A DNA stretch of 64,000 nucleotides from Mobula hypostoma (Eukaryota), in the NCBI RefSeq assembly GCF_963921235.1, contig NC_086097.1:159528001-159592000 (forward strand), in the 5' to 3' direction. The notes under the pieces are model-generated. The model did not search any database. It was not told the origin of the DNA and saw nothing but the letters and a program-made list of their open reading frames with translations. Each line of letters opens with the position of its first letter. Within the stretch, counting starts at the first letter, position 1. Of this stretch, positions 24,628 to 34,453 are shown piece by piece. Both the position numbers and the translations under genes were made by a program.

Positions 24628-27600
24628 TTAATAATCCCTTAGACCAGGCTCCAACTCAGCAAACTTCATAGTGGCCAAAAACACTGATGAATTGCGACCA
24701 ATGTAACCTCTCATTTGGTTTTGTCCCGGACCACAACAACAAGGGTCGTCCCATTCCGACTCAATTTTCCCTCGCAAGGGCTTAGTAGGAGGGGGACGGG
24801 TATTGACCGCAGAGTTATTGCAAAACTTCCTGCAGTACCCCACCATCTCCAAAAGCCTTCTGAGGGCCCTCTTGTCTGTCGGGGTTGGGAGGTCAGCGAT
24901 AGCCTGCACTGTAGCTTGCATCACTGCCAGCTGCCCCTGTGTCACCACAATTCCCAGGTAAGTGACATTCGTGTGGCCGAATTCATTTTTTCCAAGGTTC
25001 ACTATCAAGCTGGCTTCAGACAGCCGTGTTAAATTGCCAATACACACCTCTGTGTTCATCAGCCCTTTAGTCACTGAATTACTCAAAAAATATGGGTGTT
25101 GTTTACTTGGCCGCCCTATTGTAACCACAATCACCCAACGTCCCAGTTCTTTGCATTTCCTCGGGACAATCAAACACATGGGTGCGAGTCGTTTAATTAC
25201 TCCTTCGGGGATTAAGGGAGAGACCTTATCAGTAGACCTGGCCAAAACAATAGCCTTCTCCCATCTGACCGATCCCATCCTAATCTTTTCAAAATGGTTT
25301 TTTCCTCTTAGCAGGGGGCCCCTAGCTTCATTGATTTCCACGCTAACACCGACTAGGTTTGTTAGCATATCAAAAGCCGGTGACCGTCTCAGTTCGCGTC
25401 GGTCATGATCAATAACATTTTTCCCCCTGGGCAGCCGGTAACTCTCTTTCATGATTCCACCAACTGTTTCCTCCAGCACCGCAAAATGTCCACCGGGGGG
25501 TACCTCGTGGGCCATGTTAAAAACCTCATCCCCATAACTCTTTTGCACCACCCCCCACTCCTCATCTGCGGATGCTGTACTTGATTTCCCTTTCTTCCTT
25601 AGCACCTCCTTATCCGCACAATAGCTTGTCAAGGCTGTGTCAGAGAGAGCGGTCTCGGCCAAAACCATCAGCCCCTCGTCTCGCTCCTGCGTCTGCACAA
25701 ATTCTTTCCTGGCTACTGCTACGTCTGTCCCAGCTCCCTCACTACCTCTTATCTCACTACACCCTGTCTCATACAAGGTTGGCAGAAATGTTTCAGCCAA
25801 ATTCACCATCGCGGGCGGGGCCTCCATGCTGGCAGGCTGACCCGTCAATCTCACGACTGGGAACACGATTCCTCCGGCGATGTCATTACCGAGCAAGACT
25901 TCCACGTCTTTCATCGGTAATTCGGACCTCACCCCGATCGTGACTAGTCCAGAGACCAGGTTGCTCTGTAAATGTATCTGGTGCAAAGGGACTGACTCTG
26001 TCCCTTCCCCAACACCTTTGACCTCTACCTCCCCAGTCTGGGTCTCTGAGCTAAACTCTAATACACTCTTCAGTATTAGTGACTGACACGCTCCCGTGTC
26101 TCTCCAGATCCGCACTGGAACTGGTTTTAACCTCTTTTTCACTGACACCAGTCCGGCCGAGATAAACCTCTCGCGCCCTTCCTGGACTTTTTCAGACCTG
26201 TCCTTCCCTAGCGGTTCGCTTAACAGCTCGATACAGCCATTCAAAATTTCCGCTTTTCCTTTCCCCGTCTCCTTCCTTGGGGCAAAGCACCTGGACGCAA
26301 AGTGTCCGACTTTCCCACAATTATAACAGACGACCCCAGGAGACTTCCTACCAGACTGCTCCCGGTCTACCTTATCCTTTTCACTAGTCCCCGGCTTACT
26401 TTCTGACTTTTCCGGTGGACTCTCCCCGCCGTCCTGACTACCCTTCTGGTAGCCTTTACTCGGGGCAACCTTCATTTTATGCGTCAACGCATACTCATCC
26501 GCTAACTTAGCAGTTGCGGCTAACGTGGCTGCCTCTTTCTCATCGAGGTAGGGTCTCATACCCTCAGGGACACAACCTTTAAACTGCTCAATCAGAATCA
26601 GTTGCAGCAGTCTGTCATAATCCCCCTCTACCCCTTTCGAGGCGCACCAACGCTCACAATATGTTTGCATCTCACGAGCAAACTCCAAATACGTGCGGTC
26701 CCACCGCTTCCTCGCATTCCGGAACCTCTGCCGGTATGCCTCCGGGACCAACTCATAAATCCTGAGGATGGCCTCTTTCACCACCTCATACCTCTGGGCA
26801 TCTTCCGCGGATAAAGCGGAGTAAGCTTGTTGGGCCTTCCCTTTCAGTACACTCTGAAGTAAGACAACCCACTTATCCCTCGGCCAGTCCTGACTTATAG
26901 CTACTTTTTCGAAGTGGAGAAAGTACCGATCCACATCGGTATCGTCAAATGGGGGAACCAGCCTAACCTCCTGGGTCGCCCGGAACCCTCCACCTTGGTT
27001 CGGCACGAGCCCCTGCTCGGCCCTTATCTTTAACTTCTCCAGCTCAAATTCCCTTTCCCTCTGTTTCTCCTCTCTCTCCAACTGCCTGTCCCTCTCTCTC
27101 TCTTCTCTCTCCAACTGTCTTTCTCTCTCTTGCCTTTCTACCTCTTTCTCTCTCTCCCGCCTTTCTAACTCTTTCTCTCTCTCCCGCCTTTCTAACTCTC
27201 TCTCTTTCTCCTGCCTTTCTAACTCTCTCTCTTTCTCCCGCCTTTCTAACTCTCTCTCTTTCTCCTGCCTTTCTAACTCTCTCTCTTTCTCCCGCCTTTC
27301 TAACTCTCTCTCCTGCCTTTCTAACTCTCTCTCTTTCTCCTGCCTTTCTAACTCTCTCTCTTTCTCCCGCCTTTCTAACTCTCTCTCCTGCCTTTCTAAC
27401 TGCTTCTCTTCGTGTTCTAACTGCCGTACCCGGAACTCGTGCTCGAGTCTCAGTTTTTCAAGCTGTACCTGTACCGCGTCTCCAGCAGGTTTTTCAATAG
27501 ACACCACCCCCAGCTCACCTTGGGGAAACACACCTTTAGATACATAGTGCTCTACAATAGCTCTGTGTATCTCCTCTCTCCTCATTGTCGACTTCACCTT

Positions 27601-27699
27601 GGCAAGATTCACCCGTTTGGCCACAGCTATCAATTCCGATTTCCTGGCATCCTCTAATGCCTCCAAGGTCGGCCCCTTTATAAATTCCTCAACCTCCAT
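24628..27699 (-). CDS. Gag (E/R/K repeats, SCAN-like domain, CCHC knuckle), aspartic protease and vestigial IN/RT/RH polyprotein, 1023 aa
   Basis: CYNCGKVGHFASRC; RDTGA…LLGND; IN remnant AHEVPPGGH precedes RT remnants (KQHPY, VTYLG, PTPTDKRALRRLLEMVGY), i.e. Gmr1 domain order; no YxDD. Confidence 0.9.
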   Translation of the reverse strand: MEVEEFIKGPTLEALEDARKSELIAVAKRVNLAKVKSTMRREEIHRAIVEHYVSKGVFPQGELGVVSIEKPAGDAVQVQLEKLRLEHEFRVRQLEHEEKQLERQERELERREKERELERQEKERELERQERELERREKERELERQEKERELERREKERELERQEKERELERREREKELERREREKEVERQERERQLEREERERDRQLEREEKQREREFELEKLKIRAEQGLVPNQGGGFRATQEVRLVPPFDDTDVDRYFLHFEKVAISQDWPRDKWVVLLQSVLKGKAQQAYSALSAEDAQRYEVVKEAILRIYELVPEAYRQRFRNARKRWDRTYLEFAREMQTYCERWCASKGVEGDYDRLLQLILIEQFKGCVPEGMRPYLDEKEAATLAATAKLADEYALTHKMKVAPSKGYQKGSQDGGESPPEKSESKPGTSEKDKVDREQSGRKSPGVVCYNCGKVGHFASRCFAPRKETGKGKAEILNGCIELLSEPLGKDRSEKVQEGRERFISAGLVSVKKRLKPVPVRIWRDTGACQSLILKSVLEFSSETQTGEVEVKGVGEGTESVPLHQIHLQSNLVSGLVTIGVRSELPMKDVEVLLGNDIAGGIVFPVVRLTGQPASMEAPPAMVNLAETFLPTLYETGCSEIRGSEGAGTDVAVARKEFVQTQERDEGLMVLAETALSDTALTSYCADKEVLRKKGKSSTASADEEWGVVQKSYGDEVFNMAHEVPPGGHFAVLEETVGGIMKESYRLPRGKNVIDHDRRELRRSPAFDMLTNLVGVSVEINEARGPLLRGKNHFEKIRMGSVRWEKAIVLARSTDKVSPLIPEGVIKRLAPMCLIVPRKCKELGRWVIVVTIGRPSKQHPYFLSNSVTKGLMNTEVCIGNLTRLSEASLIVNLGKNEFGHTNVTYLGIVVTQGQLAVMQATVQAIADLPTPTDKRALRRLLEMVGYCRKFCNNSAVNTRPPPTKPLRGKIESEWDDPCCCGPGQNQMRGYIGRNSSVFLATMKFAELEPGLRDY
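27061..27420 (-). repeat. Coding tandem repeat (27/21-bp units) encoding ER(Q/R)EKEREL
   Basis: cctttctaactctctctctttctcc(c/t)g repeated in frame. Confidence 0.9.
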
Positions 27700-27775
27700 T
27701 TCTGCTGTTTGTCTTTTCTTTCTTTCGGGAATTTTAACCCAATTGATTTACTCCGTCCCAAATTTAGCGTTCAAA

Positions 27776-27794
27776 ATCGCGGACGAGAACCCCA
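27776..27794 (-). promoter_or_regulatory. Primer binding site, tRNA-Pro-like
   Basis: TGGGGTTCTCGTCCGCGAT, 4 nt downstream of the 5' LTR, versus canonical TGGGGGCTCGTCCGGGAT. Confidence 0.75.
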
Positions 27795-27798
27795 CTTA

Positions 27799-28656
27799 TG
27801 TTACGTACCCCGTAACTGGGTTGCCAAACCAGCAGAAATGGATCACTCAGTTGGAGTCTGGAGTACTAGGACTAAGAAAGTTTTATTAAAGAAACAAGCA
27901 ACACATTAATCGAAAGGATAATAAATGCAACAGTTCAGCGATGATAAACGCACATGTGCACAGAATTAAGATAACCGCATCAATCAAGCTCTATCGTTGT
28001 CTAGGGGTAAATGACCAATTTCAAAATGACTCAAAGTTCAGTCCAGTTTGTAGTTCAGTTCGCAGTAATCGTTGTCATGGCGATGGACAAGGTGGGGAAG
28101 AGAGAGATAGAATAGGAACAACTCATCATTCAGAACGGCTTCACTCACAGACCAGCGAGATGGCTCACAAACAGCTTTTGGGCGGGTCCTTGGTGATGTC
28201 ACCTGAGGTCACCGACTGTGACCCCTCCTCCAGATGCGGTCGATCCTCTGCAGTGAACCCGGCACCCAGGCAAGGGCGGACACACACCGGGTTCCCGCTG
28301 ATCGTACCTTTCCACCCTGTGCGTTGTCCGGTACTTCTCACCCACTCGTGAGAAGCGTACCGCTTCCAGGGTCTCGTTACCTCGGGTGGCGTGTGTGTCT
28401 GTCTTAGCGAACCTGTCCCTTTTTATCCCCCTGCTGGGGTATCGCCTGTCCATCACTTCAAACAGTTCAGGGTTCAAAGGGGGGAGCCGCTCCAGACAGC
28501 TCTTCCTCCCACATCCCTTCATTACACATCTCCAGACGCTGCTCCATTGTTCCTTATCTCTCCTTCCCCTGAGGGCAGGTGGCAGACCAACTGCTGATGC
28601 CACTGATGCTAGCCCAGGCCAGCAAACATCTTAATTTTATGTGTATTCTCGTAACA
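27799..28656 (-). repeat. 5' LTR
   Basis: Direct repeat of 23599-24455; on the minus strand a TATA-like GATAAAAAGG (~28420) and AATAAA (~27885). Confidence 0.95.
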
Positions 28657-30678
28657 CTGCATAAAAAACTTACCCCTGCCGTTTCCTCTGTACCTGCTTC
28701 CAAGCACCTTAAAACTGTTCCCTTTTGTGTTAGTCATTTCAGCCCGGGGAAAAAGCTTCTGATTATCCACAGGATTACCTCTGATTATTGAATTTTCTCC
28801 CTGTTTAGAAAATAGTCTACGCCTTTATTCCTTCTACCAAAGTTCATGACCTTACACTTCCCTACACTGCATTCCATCTGCCACTTTTATGCCTATTCTC
28901 CCAATCTGTGTACGTCCTTCTGCAGACTCCCTGCAGCCTGATTTGCAGCACCTGGTCAAAGCCCCTTTGAAAATCCAAGTAAACAATATCCACTGACTCT
29001 CTTTCGTCCATCCTGCCTATTATTTCCACAAAGAATTCCAACAGGTGTGTCATGCAAGATTTCCCTTTGAGGAAACTATGTTGTCTTTGGCTTATTTTAT
29101 CATGTGCTTTCCAAGTACAGCAAAAACTCATCTTTAGTAATGGACTCCAGCATCTTCCCAACCACTGAAGCCAGGCTAACTGGCCTACAATTTGTTTTCT
29201 TCTGTCTCTCTTCTTAAAGAGTTGAATGACATTTGCAATTTTCCACTCTTTCGGAAACCATTCCGGTATCTAGTGATTCTTGAAAAATTATTACTAATGC
29301 CTTCCACAGTCTCTTCAGCTACTTCTTCCAGAACTCTAGGGTGTAGTCCATCTGGTCCAAGTGACTTATCTACCTTCAGCACTTTCAGCTTCTCAAGCAC
29401 CTTCTCTTTAGTAATAACAACTACACTTACTTCTGCACCCTGACACTCTCAGATTTCAGCATTGTGCTAGAATCTACCACAGTGAAGAGTGATGCAAAAT
29501 ACTTATTAAGTTCTACTGCCGCGTCTTTGTCCCCCATTAATACTCTCAAGCATCACTTTCTAGATGTCTGATATCCACTCTTACCTTTCTTTTACTCTTT
29601 ATATATCCGCAAATATTTGGTATCCTCTTTTATATCATTGTCTAGCTTGCCTTCATAGTTCATCCTTTATCTCCTTTTGGTCTTTTAGTTGCCTTCTGTT
29701 GGATTTTAAAAGCTTTTCAATCTTCCAACTTCCCACTAATTTTTTTATATTATTATGCTCTCCTTTCTTGCTTTCATTCTGTCTTTAACTTCCCTTGTCA
29801 GCCATGGTTGCATCACAGCATTATCCATAAGATATGCCACATTGACCAATAAATAAAGGAGATAAAAATTAATTAGAGTCATGGAGTTGTACCGCTTGGG
29901 AATTGGCTCTTAGATCTAACTCATTCATGTCCTGCCATGATGCTGATCTAAATTAGCCCCATTTGCCCGTATTTGCTCCATATCTCCATATATCTCAAGC
30001 CTTTTATATCCATGTACCTGTCCAAATATTAATCATTCATTAATGAAGTTCGATATTCCCCTAATGGGGTTAGCTTTCTGTTCTGAAAATGGAAGATATA
30101 GATTTAAGGTGAGGGGGGAAAGATTTAAAACGGACTTAAGCGGTAACTTTTTCATGGAAAAGGTGATGCTTTTATGGGATGAGCTGCCAGGAAGAATAGT
30201 TGAGTCAGGTGGTAGAATTCTATGGACTTCCAGAACACCAAAAGAAACCACAGTTAAAAATATTTTAAAATATTTTTTAACTCAGTTATTACATGCCCTG
30301 AAGGTTCCATTCATATCCTGCCAATGTCACATCAGAATTCCATGGGAGTTTCCATGAAGGTTCAGGATCTATGTTATGCAAGTTCCATGAAACGGAAATG
30401 ATTTCAAAGAAAATCCTGAAAAGATTCTCAATGTCATGTGTAAAAACTGCCTTCAATCAACAACACTCCTTCTGCATTGGAAAGCACTACTTTCAAAAAT
30501 AGCCATAGGAAATTAGTCATTTGCAAACAGGCATACTGTTAAAAATTCTAACTACATGGTTGTCTGGGAAACTCCCCACTGTTCTCTTTGTAAATAAATT
30601 GAACTGCCTTGGCCTTCTTTGTTTAAAACTTGCTCAGAGTCCATGCAGGGAGATAATATTACAGATAGACAACCTTAC

Positions 30679-30795
30679 AGCAGAACCATGAGGGAGATGA
30701 GTTGCTGCTCCTTCTGTGACAGTAAGGGAATCTCTTCTCAAAAGGACTGCTGTGATTAGATAATTTCTCAAAACTCCTTCTTCATGAAGTGAAAC
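30679..30795 (-). CDS. Candidate internal exon (phase 0-0, 39 aa) VSLHEEGVLRNYLITAVLLRRDSLTVTEGAATHLPHGSA
   Basis: tcatattcatatcag| acceptor, GCT|gtaagg donor, 117 nt, only one frame open. Confidence 0.45.
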
Positions 30796-30909
30796 CTGAT
30801 ATGAATATGATTGATAAATTACTTTCAAAACATGATAAAGGAGTTTGCTTTTATGCATGTTGAAATTGGCCCCATACTTCTGTTTAGCAGACCTATAGTT
30901 TTTAGGGTA

Positions 30910-33371
30910 TTAAGATGATTATTTTGTCTAAATTTCTATATGTATTTCAATTGGTTCCAATTTTTATTCCAAAATCTTTTTTTGGTAATGTTGATTCAAA
31001 AATTTCTTCATATATATGGCAGAACAAAAACCCTAGGTTAAGTAAAAGGCATTTACAGATGTAAGGGGGTTTCGACTTTTATGTTACTGCGGAGGCTAAT
31101 TAAAATGGAGTCTTTGTTATGTTAATCTGGGGAATGCGGCTTTGTTGTGTTAAATGCCGAGAAAGTTTGCGCTAGCAGCTTGTTTTTGCGTTAGAGTGTG
31201 ATAAGAGAGTGCTATTAACCAATTGGGATAGTTGTTATGGTTTTGGTGTATTTGAAGATACTGTATGCGCGGGGTTTTGGGGCAGAAGGTGGGAGAGTGA
31301 GACAGAGGATGGACGAGGTGCTGTGAGTCCGCTAACAGGGTCGGACCCCGAGCGAGACATTCGGTGAGGAGACGGAGACGGACTCGTGTGGAGCGTCTGG
31401 TCGGCCACCGTTGTTGGTCCCAGGCGGCCGGTCGAGTGGGTCCGAGGGGGTTGCAGGGTGAAGAAGAAGGTCCTTGAGCTCCAACGGTTTTTGTGCACGA
31501 AGAAATTGAACTTTGATAAGTGTGGCGCCTTTTATTTTCCTTTTATATTTTATTCTCTCTTAATTATGTAGTTCCAGTAATATCTATAAACTGTAAATCA
31601 TTTAATCGTATCTGGTCTTTTGTCTGTTATTTGGGCAGGGTGGGGTACCTCACACAGCATCCACACAAACGAATTATCCAGTTTGGCGGGGCCAAGGCTG
31701 TTTCCCTAGACGACAGCGAGCCGAGCGACCCTGAGGGTGGCCAGGGGGGCAACACAGAAATCTAAAAAAGAGGGGGGTTAGCGCTCCCAAATTTTAGATT
31801 CTACTATTAGGCAATTAATACTCGACACTTAAAATTTTGGTTACAAGACTTGGATGAAATTTCAAGTCCACATTGGGTAAATCTTGAATGTAATTCTTTA
31901 CAAGGGTTTTCATTGGGTTCTGTTTTAGGGACTTTGCTTCCTTTCATTCTTATTAAATTGTATAAACAAATGAATAATCCAATAGTTAAGCATACCTTAC
32001 GTATATGGTTTCAATTTTGAAAATTTTTTGGGTTGAACCAATTTATTTTAGCAAGTCCTATTATATCTAATTTCTTTTTTCAACGTTCCACTATGGATCA
32101 AGCTTATTTAGATTGGAGAATCAAAGATATAGTACGATTTCGTGATTTATTTTTGGATAATTGTTTTATGTCCTTTGATCAACTATCTAATAAATATAAT
32201 TTACCTTGATCTCACTATTTTAGATATCTACAGGTTAGAAACTTTTAAATTACTGTTTTTCCTAATTTTCCACACTTATATCCAATGGATATTTTGGAAA
32301 AAAATTTTAGATTTAAATCTTTCTTAGGAAGGTGTTGTAGCAATTATTTATAACATGATTATGAATTTATGTCCTGATGTATCTAATAGAATTAAAACTG
32401 ATTGGGAAAGAGAACTTAAGATTACTGTACTGATTGAAAAATGGGAAAAAATTCTTCAATTAGTTAATTCATCCTCTATATGTGCTAAACATGCGTTGAT
32501 ACAGTTTAAAGTAGTGCACAGGGCTCACATGTCCAAAGATAAATGATCTCGTTATTACTGTTATATAAATCCTGTATGTGATAGATGTCATTCCGAGATA
32601 GTTTCTTTAACTCATATGTTTTGGTCATGTCCTTTGTTGAAAAAATATTGGAAAGATGTTTTTGATATTATTTCAACGGTTTTGAATATAGACTTACAAC
32701 CTCACCCAATTACTGCTATTTTTGGGTTACGAATGATAGAATCAAATCAATTAACCTCTTCAGCTCGTTGGATGATTGCACTTCTTACTTTAATGGCTAG
32801 AAGATCCATTTTGCTGAATTGGAAAGAGAGTAATCCTCCTACCATATTCCACTGGTTTTCACAAACTATGTTGTGTTTAAATTTGGAAAAAATTAGAAGT
32901 GCTGTTTACGATGCCTCCATTAAATTTGAAAAGACTTGGAGGCCATTTATTCAGTACTTTCATATGATGTAATTTGCCCATTTCCAAACTTATTTTACTT
33001 CTCTTTATTGTTGGTTGAGAGGAACGGAGTCGTCGACACTAAGGTTTTCTTTTCTCTCATTTTTTACAATGTTATAAAACAGCCCAGGTCTTTTTTTTTA
33101 GTTTAGTTGATTAACTCTGTTTAGATTAGTTTTTTTGGGGGGGCGGGGTTATTATTTTTTTTTCCCTTTTTCACGATATTTTTTGATATTTTTCTCTGTT
33201 TTATATTATTCATTTGCGTCCTATATTATTGGGAGTTTTATCATTTAGGTATTATCTGGCTTTATAATCACTCATGTTAATTATAACAATGTATTCCCAA
33301 TAACTTTGTACTACTATCATGTTATGTTTGTATCTTTACGAAACTAATAAAAAGATTGAAACAGAAAAGAA
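30910..33371 (+). mobile_element. L1-clade LINE, 5'-truncated ORF2 C-terminus and 3' UTR, interrupted by a solo LTR
   Basis: LQKSKKEGGLALPNFRFYY; CAKHALIQFKVVHRAH; CDRC…HMFWSC; KFEKTWRPFI; T-rich UTR, AATAAA and A-rich tail. Confidence 0.85.
31060..31754 (+). mobile_element. Solo LTR (695 bp)
   Basis: TGTAAG…CAACA; 4-bp TSD CAGA at 31056-31059 and 31755-31758; L1 frame continuous across it; strand tentative. Confidence 0.85.
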
Positions 33372-34453
33372 TGATATGAATATGATTGATAAATTACATT
33401 CAAAATATGATAAAGGAGTTTGCTTTTATACAAATCGGTCCCATACTTCTGTTTAGCAGACCTGTAGTTTTCAGGGATCTCAGCACTTAGTGGCATTTTA
33501 ATAGTATTTCCCAGTGCTAGCCCACTGCTCCATCCCTGTACCTCAACGTACTTGTGCACTTGACGATAAACTCAACTTGATTTGACTTCACTTGATGTGA
33601 GATGAAACTGTAGGAGAAGGTCACATGGTCACAAGACAATCATGGAAGCTCCACACAACTTCTGAGGTCAATATTAAACCCACGTCACTTGAGATGTGTA
33701 GAAACAGCATTAATTCTGCAGCAATGTGCCAGCCTTATAATTATAAGATTACTTGTTACTAGCAATGTTAAAGATTAAGATAGTTCCGGAAATCAGTTGA
33801 AAAGCTATATTTCTACTTGTCTTATTGCAACTTCACTTATTAAAATCTCGTAAAATCATATGCATGGTGCTTTGGTTGTCAGAGGAAAGATAGAAATTGC
33901 ACTTATGTGGTTTCTCACGATCTTAGGATGTTACAAATGATTTCACAGCAAGATAGGCACGACTAAATTTTAATCACATATTACCAATTTTTGTGCAGCA
34001 AGAAGGCATAAGCAATAATTCCATAAATAAACCAATAATTTGTTCTTTTTAATAAACAGATTAACAAACTTCAGAAGTTAGGATAGCATTGGTGGAAAGT
34101 GAAACATGGTTCACACTTCAGTTATTCCAAAAATAACTGTTCACTTGTTCTATAAAAGTGAGAAAGGTTCTAAACTGTAGTGAGGAAGGGGAGCAAATGG
34201 ATAAGATAAAAGAAGTATCTTTCATTGGAATCATTGAAGCAGCCAAAGTCTTACCCAATCTGTACAGAGTTTTCTGGTAAATAGACTAATGTGTGCAGTT
34301 GGAGAGAGGGAAATTAAACAGTTAAAGCCGTGAAATGCAGAACAGAGCTGATGCCAGAACACAAAGTCAAATAGAAAATACAGAAAAAATGCAGGAAGAT
34401 AATCCTGTAATAATACAGGTAGGTGACCTTACAGCAGAACCATGAGGGAGATG

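Larger units (their letters stand above)
23599..28656 (-). mobile_element. Structurally complete Gmr1-like Ty3/Gypsy LTR retrotransposon, non-autonomous
   Basis: Two ~857-bp LTRs (TG…CA) about 99% identical; 4-bp TSD CTGC at 23595-23598 and 28657-28660; PBS, PPT and a single ORF. Confidence 0.95.
22650..29815 (-). mobile_element. CR1 LINE (arms ~22650-23377 and ~28776-29815) containing a second CR1 3' end (~23378-28772), which hosts the Gypsy element
   Basis: CR1 ORF remnants on both arms; the inner CR1 has a (CATAGAAA)n-like tail and reads ctctctgc|ataaaaaacttacccctg across the LTR element. Confidence 0.8.

Noticed and set aside
27061..27420. CRISPR-like repeat array
   Set aside because: No unique spacers; it is an in-frame coding minisatellite in a eukaryotic retrotransposon
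24628..27699. Domesticated host Gag gene
   Set aside because: Flanked by near-identical LTRs with PBS, PPT and TSD inside a CR1, so it is a recent mobile insertion
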